A stretch of DNA of 64,000 nt from assembly GCF_009914755.1 (NCBI RefSeq), contig NC_060926.1, one strand, 5' to 3'. Shown one piece after another: positions 62,897-64,000 of the stretch. The translations under genes and the position numbers were made by a program. This DNA is from the human T2T-CHM13v2.0 reference genome, Homo sapiens. Every line of letters starts with the position of its first letter. The first letter of the stretch is position 1. Under the pieces are notes generated by a model. It was not told the DNA's origin, did no database searches, and was given only the letters and a program-made list of their open reading frames with translations.

Positions 62897-63150
62897 AGAG
62901 GCAGTGTAGCCTAGCGACTATGGCTCTGTGGTCCTACTGCCTAGATTTGGATCCAGGCTCTTCGAGTTACACTGAGTGACTCTCAGGAGGTAATTTGACC
63001 TCTCTTTGCCTGACTTTCCTTATCACTAAAATGAAAATAATAGTTTCCACCTGCTAGGTTAGTTGTGGAGAGTAAATGAGCTATTAGATGCAATGAGCTT
63101 AGAACAGTGCTTGACACATGTGGTAAGTAAGTCCTCAGTGAATGTTAGTC
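62897..63150 (+). mobile_element. MIR SINE
   Basis: GAGGCAGTGTAGC...TTTCCTTATCACTAAAATGAAAATAATAGT...CTTAGAACAGTGCTTGACACAT. Confidence 0.75.
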
Positions 63151-63199
63151 ATTGGTTTGAACATTTAAAGACCCACTAAGCTGGATACACTTCTTCTTG

Positions 63200-63578
63200 T
63201 TCTCCCTCGCTCCCTCCCTTCTTTCCTTCCTGCCTGCCTGCCTTCTTTCCTTCCTTCCTTCCTTCCTTCCTTCCTTCCTTCCTTCCACTTTCTTTCTTTC
63301 TGTCTTTCGACAGGGCCTTGCTTAATTGCCTAGGCTGGAGTGCAGTGGCTCCATTTCGGCTCACTGAGGCCTCATACTCCTTGGTTTAAGCAATCCTCCC
63401 CCCTCAGCCTCTCAAGTAGCTGGGATCACAGTCATGTGCCACCATGCCTGGCTAATTTTTTGATTTTTTTTTTTTTGGTAGAGATGGAGTCTCACTATGT
63501 TGCTCCTGGGCTCGAGCGATCCTCCGGCCTCAGCCTCCCAAAATGCTGGGATTACAGGTGTGAGCCACAGGGCCTAGC
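63200..63578 (-). mobile_element. AluJ-like SINE whose tail has become a (CCTT)n microsatellite
   Basis: Diverged Alu at 63305-63578 preceded by CCTT/CCTG repeats. Confidence 0.85.
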
Positions 63579-63611
63579 CACCTTTCCTTTTGATATCTTA
63601 ATTTATTTGGT

Positions 63612-64000
63612 TCTTTTTTCTTTAATTATACTTTAAGTTTTAGGGTACATGTGTACAACATGCAGGTTAGTTACATATGTATACATGTGCCATGTTGGTA
63701 TGCTGCAACCATTAACTCGTCATTTAGCATTAGGTATATCTCCTAATGCTATCCCTCCCCCATCACCGCCCCCCCCACAACAGTCCCCGGTGTGTGATGT
63801 TCACCCTCCTGTATCCACGTGTTCTCATTGTTCAATTCCCACCTATGAGTGAGAATATGTGGTGTTTGGTTTTTTGTCCTTGCGATAGTTTGCTGAGAAT
63901 GATGGTTTCCAGCTTCATCCATGTCCCTACAAAGGACATGAACTCATCATTTTTTATGGCTGCATAGTATTCCATGGTGTATATGTGCCACATTTTCTTA
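63612..64000 (-). mobile_element. L1 #7: L1PA3/4-like 3' end running off the window
   Basis: TTATACTTTAAGTTTTAGGGTACATG 3' UTR and ORF2 C-terminus. Confidence 0.92.

Overview
This is human genomic DNA: it contains AluYa5 and AluYb8 insertions, both human-specific subfamilies. No protein-coding exon is supported. The first ~7.1 kb has no recognisable transposons. It holds a CpG island and apparently overlapping head-to-head first exons (minus-strand donor at 4669, plus-strand donors at 4356 and 4855). That layout fits a developmental or immune regulator with a divergent lncRNA; SATB1/SATB1-AS1 is my tentative, unverified guess. The rest looks like intronic or intergenic DNA rich in Alu, MIR, L2, MaLR/ERV1 LTRs and DNA transposon relics. 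A ~24 kb cluster (30.6-54.3 kb) holds five same-strand primate L1PA copies, and nearly all long ORFs are L1 remnants. I see no new multi-gene system. The most unusual signals are: (i) non-consensus variants shared in a patchwork among neighbouring L1s of different subfamilies, suggesting local ectopic gene conversion; (ii) an inverted ~800 bp apparent local copy of one L1; (iii) a tail-less L1-L1 chimera with a templated palindromic junction; (iv) an intact L1 ORF0; (v) reuse of one target site by two Alu-family insertions of very different age. Subfamily names come from remembered consensus diagnostics and boundaries of old repeats are approximate.
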